Positions 1 through 9,517 of a DNA stretch of 64,000 nucleotides are shown one piece after another. Location: the NCBI GenBank assembly GCA_965213545.1, contig CBDBZL010000002.1:268855-332854 (forward strand). Direction: 5' to 3'. The DNA comes from Alteraurantiacibacter sp. (GTDB lineage Bacteria; Pseudomonadota; Alphaproteobacteria; Sphingomonadales; Sphingomonadaceae). The notes beneath the pieces are model-generated. The model was not told the DNA's origin. It saw nothing but the letters and a program-made list of their open reading frames with translations, and made no database searches. Position 1 is the first letter of the stretch. Every line of letters begins with the position of its first letter. The position numbers and the translations under genes are program-made.

Positions 1-2090
1 TCGTGGGCCGCCTTTCCTTCCCGCTTCAACAGTTCAGAGCGCTCGATCCGGTTGCCGATCGCGGTCGCCAGCTCGGCTGGATCCTCGGGCGTGACCAAGG
101 CGCCGGTATCGTCGCCGACCACTTCAGGCACTCCGCCTACCGCCGTTGCCACGACAGGCAGCCCCGTCGCCATTGCCTCGAGCAGCACCAGCGGCATTCC
201 CTCTCGCCGGGAGGGCAGCACGAAAAGGCTTGCCCTTCGGTATAGATCGCGCATGTCGTCGCGCGACAGGTGCCCGGCAAGTTCCACGCGGCTGGTCAGC
301 CCGAGATCGGCAATTTGCCGACGCAGGTTCGCTTCCTCGTTGCCCTCGCCCGCGATCACCAGGCGGCTTTTCCTCGTCTCCGGTCGAGCCAGGGCTGCGA
401 GCAGGACGTGAAAGCCCTTGACGATAAGCAGCCTTCCTGCCGCAACCAGCAGGCCGGGCTCATGGCGTCCCTTCGGCCCAGGCGTCCAGAAGCGCGTATC
501 GACCCCGTTCTCGATTACCTCGACACAGATGTCCGGAGCAAGCCCTGTCACTTTGTCCGCCAGCTCTTGCGATACCGCGGTAACCTGGTCCGCGCTTTGC
601 AGCCATCCGGGCAGGCGGGCGCGCAAGGCCGGGCTGGCTTCATGATAATCCGAGCCGTGGAAGGACAGGACAAGGCGAAATCCAAACACCCTCCGCAACG
701 CCAGGAAATAGATCGTCTGTCCGCGGACGTAGTGGAGGTTGACGATATCGGGTCGAAGCCGAGCGAGCCGTGCGGCCAGTTTGGCCATAGCGAAAGATGC
801 TTTGATCAGCGCCCCCGCGGTCGGCCGACCGGTTTTGCTGACTCCGGCCTCAAGCTGCAGGCGCCAGTCACCACCCGTCCCAGCGCCATCGGGCCAGGCG
901 GTCACCACGGCATGGCCTTCCCCACGCAGATGGTCCGTGAGCTGGTGCACGACGCCCTGCACCCCCCCGCGATCGCTTTTTTCGGCGGCGCTGAAAATTA
1001 ACACGCGCATCGCCCCTTCAAGCGTGCCTTTGCGTTCGCGTGTCTTTCCCCGGCTCCGCTTTACCCGCCCCCGCCGCCGCTCGGGCGTATGGGTGAGCGA
1101 ACGCCGCAGTCCTGCGGGAAGCAGCGTATTGCCGACGTGGAAGACCATTTCGCCGGGCGAGACCTTGCCGCGCGATAGGGCCTCGCGCAGCAGCGGTAAG
1201 AATGCGCCTTTGTCGCGTGTCTTCTCGGCGCGAATACTCGCTTGGGTCAGGCAATAGCCGCCGTAAGCGCGCCGCGTCACCAGGTCGCGCCGCTCCCTGA
1301 TCCAGTCGACATCGCGCCTCCAGCCTGCTTGGTTGCTGATCCGCTTGCGCCCATCGTCCATAGAATAGGTCGAGAGCACTTCGTCGCGGACATAATGAAG
1401 CGACACCCCCTCCACGCCGTCCGCCTTCAGCAACCAATCGAGATCGACATAGCGATCAAGTTCCTCGTCGAAGCGAACCTGGTCGAACAAGGCTTTGGGC
1501 ACGAGCATGGTCGAGGTCTGGATGGCCCCGCGTACGTTCGGGCCTCCGCGCGTGAACAGATATTCGCTCAGCGTCTGGTTTGGCCTTGGATAGCGCGCCG
1601 GCCAAACGAACCGCGCCCCGTTTCCCACCGCCTCGAAGCGGCATGAGATGATCGGCAGACCGCCCTTGAAGCTTAGCGCCAGAGCGAGCTGCTTCTCGAG
1701 CTTTTTGGGTTTCCAGCTATCGTCATCATCAAGAAAGGCGATCCAATCTGCTTTGGCTTCGTCGACGCCCGCGTTGCGAGCCCCCGCATTGCCGCGGCGC
1801 TGCTTGAGGACCACGACCCGCAACCGCGGATCGCGCTGGCGTTCGAGCAGGTCCGCGGTTTCAGCATCCGGCCCATCGACGACCACGATGACCTCGATAG
1901 CGTGCAATGTCTGCGCGAGCGCGGAGGCAACCGCCTTGGCGGCGAGCCGCGGCCGGCCCAGCGTCGGGATGACGACCGAGATCTGCGGCGGATCACCGTG
2001 CGTTCCCGGCCCAATCTCGTCGCAAGAAGATACGGCTGGCGGCGTTTCGAGCGCCTGCTCCCCCTCGCCCGAAAAATGTCGGTCCGTCAC
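1..2090 (-). CDS. Two-domain glycosyltransferase: N-terminal GT2 module fused in frame to a C-terminal GT4-type module; the 3' end runs off the left edge of the window
   Basis: Codon-by-codon hand translation of the minus strand from GTG at 2090 to the in-frame ATG at 1010 is open (TAG at 2096-2094 closes the frame upstream). Below 1010 the frame was read less strictly but stayed open to position 1. GT2 motifs: PQISVVIPTLGRP, IEVIVVVDGPD, AFLDDDD. Basic linker RRRGRVKRSRGKTRERK. Then MRVLIFS... and REGMPLVLLEAMATGLPVVATAVGGVPEVV (GT4 E-x7-E region). Absent from the ORF track, apparently because no stop lies inside the window. Confidence 0.8.
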   Translation of the reverse strand, partial: MTDRHFSGEGEQALETPPAVSSCDEIGPGTHGDPPQISVVIPTLGRPRLAAKAVASALAQTLHAIEVIVVVDGPDAETADLLERQRDPRLRVVVLKQRRGNAGARNAGVDEAKADWIAFLDDDDSWKPKKLEKQLALALSFKGGLPIISCRFEAVGNGARFVWPARYPRPNQTLSEYLFTRGGPNVRGAIQTSTMLVPKALFDQVRFDEELDRYVDLDWLLKADGVEGVSLHYVRDEVLSTYSMDDGRKRISNQAGWRRDVDWIRERRDLVTRRAYGGYCLTQASIRAEKTRDKGAFLPLLREALSRGKVSPGEMVFHVGNTLLPAGLRRSLTHTPERRRGRVKRSRGKTRERKGTLEGAMRVLIFSAAEKSDRGGVQGVVHQLTDHLRGEGHAVVTAWPDGAGTGGDWRLQLEAGVSKTGRPTAGALIKASFAMAKLAARLARLRPDIVNLHYVRGQTIYFLALRRVFGFRLVLSFHGSDYHEASPALRARLPGWLQSADQVTAVSQELADKVTGLAPDICVEVIENGVDTRFWTPGPKGRHEPGLLVAAGRLLIVKGFHVLLAALARPETRKSRLVIAGEGNEEANLRRQIADLGLTSRVELAGHLSRDDMRDLYRRASLFVLPSRREGMPLVLLEAMATGLPVVATAVGGVPEVVGDDTGALVTPEDPAELATAIGNRIERSELLKREGKAAH

Positions 2091-2253
2091 GTGCTACCCA
2101 AATTCCACGCCGGAAAGGCGCGCGTTGTCGGAATATGGTGAACGCATCTTTTGATAAGTCGCCCCCGTCCGACTGGTTCCAGTGTTGGGTTCGACTTTTT
2201 CGCTATTGTTCAATTGCTTGCGCCAGGAAGGACGAAGCTTAAGGGTGGCACGA

Positions 2254-3447
2254 ATGCCTCCGACCTATCTGCTCCCCCATTTGGCGGAACAACGCGGCTT
2301 ATCGGGCCGCATCGTCCGGCGGCTGCGTTGGCTGCACGACCGGATAGGGACGCGGCTGATCGATCGCGGCTTCCCGCCCGCGCTCCTGCGGTACCGGTTC
2401 AGGCAAACGGTCGCGGCCGATCGCGCGGCTTGCGGGGTCGAGACCGTGCACCCCGCCGCTCGGGACGCCGTCCCGCTGGCCGGCGGGTTCGACCGCGTAG
2501 AGGATCTTCCGGCCGAGCGAGGCTGGTGGCCATTTTCCTTCCGCGAAGTCACTCAGCGCAAGCTCGAGCCAACCTGTATCCTGACATTCGCCGATGCCCG
2601 CGTGATGGCGCTGCGTACGGGGCCGGCGGAGGAATACACGCCGGCCCTCATCGATCGAGCAGGGCGGGCGATCGCCATGCGTGAGATGCGTTACCGCCCG
2701 GATCACGGGGCGCTGGCTCGGCGCAAGCCCGACCTGGCGCTCGATGATGCGCTGTGGATCGCTGAACGGGTGTTCGACAATTATTCGCATTGGTTGACCG
2801 CCCACCTGCCCAAGCTGGTGCTTATGCGCGATAGGGGCGAGCTGGCCGGTTTGGTTCTGCCTGCCGGCCGTCCCGCTTGGCTGGATACCTCGCTGCGCCG
2901 GGTCGGCATACAGCCGGACAATCACGCGCAGCTGCCCAGCCCGGGCGTGCTGGCGGCCTCCCGGCTCCGCGTGATCGGGTGCGACCGGTTCCGCCCGGAA
3001 CTGCTGACTGCCGCGCGCGAAGCGGTCAACCAGCGTGATGCGAACGGGTCCGATGGCCGGGTGTTCGTCAGCCGCCGGCAAGCCAAGGGGCGTACCTTGC
3101 TGGAAGAGGGCGAGCTCGAACCGCTGCTGCGCGATCGTGGATTCGAGCTCGTCGCCATGGAACGCCTGTCCTTCGACGAGCAGGTGGAGTTGATGGCGCG
3201 CACGAAAGTGCTGCTCGCGCCGCACGGGGCGGGGCTGGCCAACATGTTGTTCTGCCCGCCCGGCGCGCTCGTCTGCGAGATTGCCGACCCCGCCTATCCC
3301 AACCCCAATTTCTACGCCATGGCCGCAGCGCTCGGTCATCATTACCACTACATCGCTGGCCGTGGGGTGGGCGCGCGCCATCCCTTGCGGCAGGATCTTT
3401 CGGTTTCGGTCGAAAAGGTGCGGACCTTCCTGGACACGCTGGCGTGA
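2254..3447 (+). CDS. DUF563 / GT61-type glycosyltransferase
   Basis: Track ORF 2182..3447; ATG at 2254 (MPPTYLL) preferred. C-terminal block KVLLAPHGAGLANMLFCPPGALVCEI is typical of DUF563/GT61 enzymes. Confidence 0.65.
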   Translation: MPPTYLLPHLAEQRGLSGRIVRRLRWLHDRIGTRLIDRGFPPALLRYRFRQTVAADRAACGVETVHPAARDAVPLAGGFDRVEDLPAERGWWPFSFREVTQRKLEPTCILTFADARVMALRTGPAEEYTPALIDRAGRAIAMREMRYRPDHGALARRKPDLALDDALWIAERVFDNYSHWLTAHLPKLVLMRDRGELAGLVLPAGRPAWLDTSLRRVGIQPDNHAQLPSPGVLAASRLRVIGCDRFRPELLTAAREAVNQRDANGSDGRVFVSRRQAKGRTLLEEGELEPLLRDRGFELVAMERLSFDEQVELMARTKVLLAPHGAGLANMLFCPPGALVCEIADPAYPNPNFYAMAAALGHHYHYIAGRGVGARHPLRQDLSVSVEKVRTFLDTLA

Positions 3448-5363
3448 GCGGGCTGTCGATCATCATTCCATGCCGCAACACCGGTGACTGGCTGGCGCAG
3501 ACGATCCGAAGCGCGCTGGCTCAGACCCGTCCGCCCGACGAGATTATCGTGGTGGATGACGGCTCGACCGACGACAGCGCTTCGATCGCCACTTCCTTCA
3601 GAGCGCCTGTGCGGGTGGTAGCGGGACCGGCGACGGGCGCGGCCGACGCGCGCAACCACGGTGGCAAGCTGGCCACGGGCGAGCGGCTGATGTTCCTCGA
3701 TGCCGACGATCTTTTGACCCCCCCCACCCTCCATCATCTCTCGCAGGCGCTTGATGATGCGCCGCGTGCCGGCTTGGCGATCTGCCCCTGGGACCGTTAC
3801 GAGTTCGAGGGTTTCGGCTGGATCGCCACGCCTCCCACCGCCGCCCTGCCCCGCCCCGGGCAGGACCGGCTCGCGGCCTGGCTGACGGGGTGCTGGTCCC
3901 CGCCCTGCTGCATCTTGTGGACGCGTGCTGCTTTCGAGCGCTCGGGCGGTTGGCTGCAGGAAGCAGGTCTGGATGATGACGGCAACCTGCTGCGCCGGGC
4001 GCTGGCACGGGGCATCGATGCGGTCGATGCCCCGCACGGCCTGGCGCTTTACCGCCGCTTGCCAGGGGAGGCGCGCTCCTACAGCGCCCGCCGGCTCGAG
4101 CCTTTCGGCCTGCGCTCGCGCCTCGCTTCGCTGACAGACACCGCTAACGAGCTCGAGCAAAGCGGTGCCCTGCCGCTCTACCGGGCTCCCTTGAACGAGG
4201 CGCTGGCCGCGCTCCATGAGGATGCCAGGACCGTGGCCGCGATCGCGGCCACGGTCGGCGACCTCATCGCGCGGATCGGCGGCGCCCGCCGAACGAGGTC
4301 CAGGATCCACGCTCGTGCCGGGCGCTTGGGCGCCCAGGCCTCGGCCTGGGTTCGCGAGCGGACCACGCCTCCAAGATGCGTGCCCGATCCCAGCCACCAA
4401 GGGTCTCGCCAAAGACTAGCGCATCGCGCTGCGGACGCATGGGACGCCGCCCGAGTAAGCGTAATCATTCCCACATATAACCGGGCGCAACTCGTTGAAC
4501 GAGCTATCGCCAGTGTCCTTCGCCAGACGCATCCGGCGATCGAGGTTATCGTGGTCGACGACGGCTCGACCGACGAGACGCCCGCCCGCCTCGCGCGGAT
4601 CGGCGATGCCCGGGTCAAGGTGATCCGGCAGGACAATGCGGGGGTGGCCGCCGCGCGCAACCGGGGGATAAAGGAAGCAACAGGCGATTTTGTCTCCTTC
4701 ATCGATTCGGACGACGAGTGGCGCGACGACAAGCTGGCCAAGCAGCTTGCCGCGCTATCCGATGCGCCCAGCCATGTCGGGCTTTGCGTCACCGGTGGGT
4801 TCGCGGTGACTGACGGCGGAGTGCATGAACGGCGGTGGTCGCCGTCGGGTCGTCTGTTCGAGCCGTTGCTGGTCGAAAACACCATCTTCATGGGCATCGG
4901 CGCGCTGGTCCGATCTGGTGTGTTCGAGGCGGTGGGCGGCTTCGATCCGTCGCTTCCGGCTATCGAGGACTGGGACTGGCTTCAGCGTGTCGCGCGTCTC
5001 TACGATTTCGTCGCGGTCGATGAGCCCCTCATCACCTACCACGACGCTGATCAGCCGGGCCGCCGCTCGACCCGCTTTCGCGCCAACCTGGACGCGCGCG
5101 AGATGCTGTGGCGGCGTAACCGTCACGCGCTTCGGCGCGCCGGGCTGGCGCAGCGCTACCTGCTCGAAAGTGCGCGCCGTGAACTGCGCGAGAGCGACGG
5201 GCTGGACGGGCGCGGGCGGCGCCTGGTCCTGCGCGCGCTGGCGGAACGGCCGCAGAACATCGCGCTAATGCCCTGGCTGTCTTACATGGCGATGCCCTTC
5301 GCCATGCGCGCCGCCCTGCGACAGGTCGATGCAAAGCGGAGAAAGCTCGTCGTCCGGGAGTGA
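3444..5363 (+). CDS. Tandem GT2-GT2 glycosyltransferase (two complete family-2 modules in one ORF)
   Basis: GTG at 3444 overlaps the upstream stop (GTGA). Module 1: LSIIIPCRNTG, IIVVDDGSTDDS, FLDADD. Module 2: VSVIIPTYNRA, VIVVDDGSTDET, FIDSDD. Confidence 0.85.
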   Translation: MSGLSIIIPCRNTGDWLAQTIRSALAQTRPPDEIIVVDDGSTDDSASIATSFRAPVRVVAGPATGAADARNHGGKLATGERLMFLDADDLLTPPTLHHLSQALDDAPRAGLAICPWDRYEFEGFGWIATPPTAALPRPGQDRLAAWLTGCWSPPCCILWTRAAFERSGGWLQEAGLDDDGNLLRRALARGIDAVDAPHGLALYRRLPGEARSYSARRLEPFGLRSRLASLTDTANELEQSGALPLYRAPLNEALAALHEDARTVAAIAATVGDLIARIGGARRTRSRIHARAGRLGAQASAWVRERTTPPRCVPDPSHQGSRQRLAHRAADAWDAARVSVIIPTYNRAQLVERAIASVLRQTHPAIEVIVVDDGSTDETPARLARIGDARVKVIRQDNAGVAAARNRGIKEATGDFVSFIDSDDEWRDDKLAKQLAALSDAPSHVGLCVTGGFAVTDGGVHERRWSPSGRLFEPLLVENTIFMGIGALVRSGVFEAVGGFDPSLPAIEDWDWLQRVARLYDFVAVDEPLITYHDADQPGRRSTRFRANLDAREMLWRRNRHALRRAGLAQRYLLESARRELRESDGLDGRGRRLVLRALAERPQNIALMPWLSYMAMPFAMRAALRQVDAKRRKLVVRE

Positions 5364-5396
5364 GCCCCCCGTGCAGCTATGCCTTGACCACAGGTC

Positions 5397-6362
5397 TTAT
5401 ACCGGGACCCTGCTGCCCTTCAGCAAAGCGTCGAAATAGGCAATTGTCTTGGGCAGGCCTTCCTTGAGCGGCGTGCGGGGCTGCCAGCCATCGAGGCTCT
5501 CGCGGGCCAGGGTGATATCGGGTCGGCGCTGCTTGGGATCGTCGGACGGAAGGGGCTTGCGCTCGAGTACCGAGGCGGACCCGGTCAGATCGAGAATGGT
5601 CTCGGCAAGCTCGAGAATGGAGAACTCGCCCGGATTGCCCAGGTTGACCGGCCCGGTGAACTTGGCAGGCGTCTTCATGAAACGCACGAAAGCTTCGACA
5701 AGGTCGTCGACATAGCAAAAGGAGCGGGTCTGGCTGCCATCGCCATAGATGGTGATCGGCTCGCCGCGCAGCGCCTGGACGATGAAGTTGGAGACCACCC
5801 GCCCGTCTTGCGGATGCATCCTGGGACCATAGGTGTTGAAGATGCGCGCCACCTTGATCTCCAGCCCGTGCTGCCGGTGGTAGTCGAAGAACAGCGTCTC
5901 GGCGCAGCGCTTGCCCTCGTCGTAGCACGAGCGGGTTCCCACCGGATTGACGTTGCCCCAGTAGCTTTCGGGCTGCGGATGGACGATCGGGTCGCCATAG
6001 ACTTCCGAGGTCGAGGCTTGGAAGATGCGCGCGCCCGTCCGCTTGGCGAGCCCCAGCATGTTGATCGCGCCGTGCACGCTGGTCTTGGTGGTCTGCACCG
6101 GATCGTGCTGATAGTAGATCGGCGATGCGGGGCAGGCGAGGTTGTAGATCTGCCCGACCTCAACGAATAGCGGGAAGGTGATGTCGTGGCGCTTCAGCTC
6201 AAAGCGCGGGTTGCCGTGATGGTGCGCGACATTGTCGTGGCTGCCGGTGAAGAAGTTGTCGACGCACAGCACATGCGCGCCATCGGCGATCAGCCGGTCG
6301 CACAGGTGCGAGCCCAGAAAGCCCGCCCCGCCGGTGACGAGAATGCTTTGCCGTCCATACAT
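5397..6362 (-). CDS. UDP-glucuronate decarboxylase (UDP-xylose synthase)
   Basis: ATG at 6362 ([24 protein letters not shown]). Near-continuous UXS hallmarks: [62 protein letters not shown]. Confidence 0.9.
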   Translation of the reverse strand: MYGRQSILVTGGAGFLGSHLCDRLIADGAHVLCVDNFFTGSHDNVAHHHGNPRFELKRHDITFPLFVEVGQIYNLACPASPIYYQHDPVQTTKTSVHGAINMLGLAKRTGARIFQASTSEVYGDPIVHPQPESYWGNVNPVGTRSCYDEGKRCAETLFFDYHRQHGLEIKVARIFNTYGPRMHPQDGRVVSNFIVQALRGEPITIYGDGSQTRSFCYVDDLVEAFVRFMKTPAKFTGPVNLGNPGEFSILELAETILDLTGSASVLERKPLPSDDPKQRRPDITLARESLDGWQPRTPLKEGLPKTIAYFDALLKGSRVPV

Positions 6363-6782
6363 GTCCCAGGCCCTCGCAGCTTTCAAACCCCCGGAGCAAC
6401 GCACGACACCCGGCATCGACCCTCCGACAGCCAAGCTGGAAGGCGAGCCGGGTAAAGATCGCAAGCAAATTCGGTTAGGAAGCCGCGGTAATCCATTGAC
6501 GGGACGGACCCTCTGCTCCGCGACAGCTTGGGCCTATCCGCCCGGACAGCCCGCGTTACCGGCCGCGCCGCCGTGATTATCGCCGCCTCGTCCCTGCCTA
6601 TCGAGCTATCGCGGCGTTGGACGAGGCGCAGTGGCTTTCCATAGGCTTGCCAAGGTGATAGCGGCGCGGGCGAGTTTCTTCCCGGATTAGAAAAGGGGCA
6701 TTTTCCATTGAGACCCGCTCGGGGGCGTGATCTGGTCAGACTGGGTGTGCCGCCGCACCTTGCCCGATAATGCCGCCCCATA

Positions 6783-7586
6783 ATGAAGGGGGATGACCGG
6801 ACCGATCTGGTGATCGTCGGCGCGCAGAAGTCGGCGACCACCACCTTGTTCGATATGCTTGCCCAGTCGCCTCGGATCGCAGCAGCGCGGCCAAAGGAAC
6901 CCCACTTTTTCAGTACCGTGGACGACTGGCGATCGCGGCTCGACGAGTATCATCGCATTTATCGCGGGCAAACCGGGTTCCTACGCCTGGAGGCATCCAC
7001 CAGCTATACCTTCTTCCCGCACCGCCGGCCGCAAATCTGGAACGACCTCAAGGAATATAATCCCGAAATCAGGGTCATCTATATCATCCGCAAGCCGACC
7101 GACCGGATCCTATCGCATTACCGGCATAGCCTCAGACGCGGCTATACGACGAAAGGTCTGCACGAGTTCGTCGCCGAGTACCCGCTGGCAATCGCAATCT
7201 GCCGATATCACTCGCAGATCGAGCCCTATCTCGAGACGTTGGGGGGGGACAATGTGCTCCTCCTTACCTTCGAGGAAGTGGTCTCGCGACAGGCCGGGAC
7301 GCTCGCGCGCATCGCCCGGTTCGCGAGCTTGCCGCAGGCCTCCCTGGAAGAAGCGGGGCATATCCACGCGAACCGCAGCGAGAATCTGGAACATTATCGC
7401 CTGATGAGGCTGGGCAAGCTCAGCCGGGCGATCGATACCCTGGCCACGCGCCGCAGAGCGGCCCGCGCCGCCGCAACGATCATGCCTCCAGACCTGGCGA
7501 GCAGGATTATCGAGCAGCTGGAACCCGAGATCGCCGGAATGGAACGCCTGATGCAGCGCAGTTTCGGGAACTGGCGTATACCCTAA
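6783..7586 (+). CDS. PAPS-dependent sulfotransferase family protein
   Basis: 5'-phosphosulfate-binding loop VIVGAQKSATTTL and 3'-phosphate-binding motif IRKPTDRILSHYRH; 267 aa. Confidence 0.75.
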   Translation: MKGDDRTDLVIVGAQKSATTTLFDMLAQSPRIAAARPKEPHFFSTVDDWRSRLDEYHRIYRGQTGFLRLEASTSYTFFPHRRPQIWNDLKEYNPEIRVIYIIRKPTDRILSHYRHSLRRGYTTKGLHEFVAEYPLAIAICRYHSQIEPYLETLGGDNVLLLTFEEVVSRQAGTLARIARFASLPQASLEEAGHIHANRSENLEHYRLMRLGKLSRAIDTLATRRRAARAAATIMPPDLASRIIEQLEPEIAGMERLMQRSFGNWRIP

Positions 7587-7606
7587 GATCGCCGGAAGCC
7601 GTCAGC

Positions 7607-8794
7607 TCAGGCCGCGCGTTCCATCCCCGGTTTTAGGACCACCTTGGTCCAGCTGTCCTGCTCGTCATGGAAGCACTGGTAGCCACGCGGGCCATCCTCC
7701 AGCGGCAAGCGATGCGAGATGAGGAAGGTGGTGTCCACCTCGCCTTTCTCGATCTTCTCCAGCAGCGGCTTGAGATAGCGTTGAACATGCGTCTGCCCGG
7801 TGCGCACCTGGACGCCCTTTTCCATCAGCGCGCCGAGTGGAAACTTGTCGGTCATCCCGCCATAGACCCCCGGGATCGAGATCTTGCCGCCGAAGCGCAC
7901 CGCCAGGATGGCTTGCTTGAGCGCCGCGGCCCGATCGGCGCCCACGCCCACGGTCTGCTTGACGATGTCGATCATGTTGTCGATCGCAAAGCCGTGCGCT
8001 TCCATGCCCACGGCGTCGATCACCGCATCGACCCCGATCCCGCCCGACATTTCCATCAACGCCTCGCGCACGTCGGTCTCGCGGAAATTGATGATGTCGG
8101 CACCCAGCTTGCGGGCCAGTTCGAGCCGGTGCGGATAGTGGTCGATGGCGATTACTTTGGCCGCGCCCATCGCGATGGCCGACTGGATCGCGAACAGGCC
8201 GACCGGACCGCAGCCCCATACCGCCACGGTATCATCGGGCTGAATGTCGGCATTTTCCGCCCCCATCCACCCGGTGGGCAGGATGTCGGACAGGAACAGG
8301 ACCTGGTCGTCCTCCAGATGGTCGGGGATCACGATTGGTCCCACATCCGAGAACGGCACGCGGACATATTCCGCCTGGCCGCCTGAATACCCGCCGGTAA
8401 GGTGCGAATAACCGAACAGCCCCGCCATTGGGTGGCCATATTGCTTGGCCGACATATCCTGCTTTTCGGCCGGGTTGGAGTTCTCGCACGCCGAGAACTG
8501 CTCGACATGGCAGTGGAAACATCCGCCGCAGCTGATTGTGAAGGGCACCACCACGCGCTGCCCTTTTTGCAGCGTGCTCTTTGCGCCGGTCTCGACCACT
8601 TCGCCCATGAACTCATGGCCCAGCACATCGCCTGCCTGCATTGCGGGAATGACGCCATCATAAAGGTGCAGGTCCGAGCCGCAGATGGCGGTCGAGGTGA
8701 CCTTGATCACCGCATCGCGCGGATTGACGATTTCGGGGTCGGACACGGTTTCCACGCGCACATCCTTGGTTCCATGCCAGGTGAGGGCACGCAT
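7607..8794 (-). CDS. Zinc-dependent alcohol / formaldehyde dehydrogenase family protein
   Basis: CGSDLHLY, GHEFMGEVVE, structural-zinc Cys cluster CGGCFHCHVEQFSAC, Rossmann VAVWGCGPVGL. Its ATG overlaps the upstream stop (TGATG at 8796-8792). Confidence 0.85.
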   Translation of the reverse strand: MRALTWHGTKDVRVETVSDPEIVNPRDAVIKVTSTAICGSDLHLYDGVIPAMQAGDVLGHEFMGEVVETGAKSTLQKGQRVVVPFTISCGGCFHCHVEQFSACENSNPAEKQDMSAKQYGHPMAGLFGYSHLTGGYSGGQAEYVRVPFSDVGPIVIPDHLEDDQVLFLSDILPTGWMGAENADIQPDDTVAVWGCGPVGLFAIQSAIAMGAAKVIAIDHYPHRLELARKLGADIINFRETDVREALMEMSGGIGVDAVIDAVGMEAHGFAIDNMIDIVKQTVGVGADRAAALKQAILAVRFGGKISIPGVYGGMTDKFPLGALMEKGVQVRTGQTHVQRYLKPLLEKIEKGEVDTTFLISHRLPLEDGPRGYQCFHDEQDSWTKVVLKPGMERAA

Positions 8795-9465
8795 CAGGCG
8801 GTCTCCTTCTCATGTTGCTTGGCGGCACGCGTCTGATCCGCTTGCCTGGCGGAGGTGGCGATCTCACCGGTCTCCATCAGCATCTTGAAACGCTTGAGGT
8901 CATGGCGGGCCTGGATCGCGGGTTCGCGCAGGAAGGCCTTGGCGATCACCCGGCCTAGCTCGCCTCCGGGTGGCTTGTAGGCGATGATAAGCGAGACGCG
9001 CGTGCCGCGTTCGCCCGGCGCGTCGGTGAATGTGACCCGGCCCTCGGTGTCGATGTCCGAGCCCTCGATCGAGCGCCAGGCGATGAGTTCGCCCTCCTCC
9101 TCGCGCACGATTTTGGTCTCCACGTCCACCGTGCGGCCTGCGGGTGCCTTGATCGTCCAGACCGCATGGCCGCTTGCCGCATCCTTCACCTCGATCTGTT
9201 CGAGGTTTTCCATGAAGGAGGCAAGATTGGTGAAATCGCGCCAGAACGAGAACAGTTCATGGCGCGGTTTGCGGATGGTGACCGTGCGGCCGACGACATC
9301 ATATTTGCCGAACGAGCGCCGCTGGGTGAAGCCGGGCGCATCATCACCCCAGTCGCGATCTTCGCTGCTCGCACGCCGAGCGGCAAGCACCGCGCCCAGT
9401 GCCACCCCGCCGAGCGCCAGGCCCACTGCGGCCAGCCCGGCGCCTTCTTGCTTGTCCTTCGTCAT
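8794..9465 (-). CDS. Membrane-anchored SRPBCC (cyclase/dehydrase, START-like) family protein
   Basis: ATG at 9465 preceded by AAGGAGA. N-terminal TM helix GLAAVGLALGGVALGAVLAA, then an SRPBCC-like body (ELFSFWRDFTNLASFMENL ... WRSIEGSDIDTEGRVTF). Confidence 0.7.
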   Translation of the reverse strand: MTKDKQEGAGLAAVGLALGGVALGAVLAARRASSEDRDWGDDAPGFTQRRSFGKYDVVGRTVTIRKPRHELFSFWRDFTNLASFMENLEQIEVKDAASGHAVWTIKAPAGRTVDVETKIVREEEGELIAWRSIEGSDIDTEGRVTFTDAPGERGTRVSLIIAYKPPGGELGRVIAKAFLREPAIQARHDLKRFKMLMETGEIATSARQADQTRAAKQHEKETA

Positions 9466-9517
9466 GAGAATCTCCTTGTGATCAATAGGATGCATGGCCG
9501 CCCGGTTTCGTTCCGCC

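Noticed and set aside
9510-9514. GGAAC (minus strand) just after the methyltransferase stop, resembling the -35 of alphaproteobacterial EcfG general-stress promoters
   Set aside because: No CGTT -10 element occurs at the required 16-17 nt spacing (the sequence there is GCAT/CATC), so I cannot support an EcfG promoter call from sequence alone.
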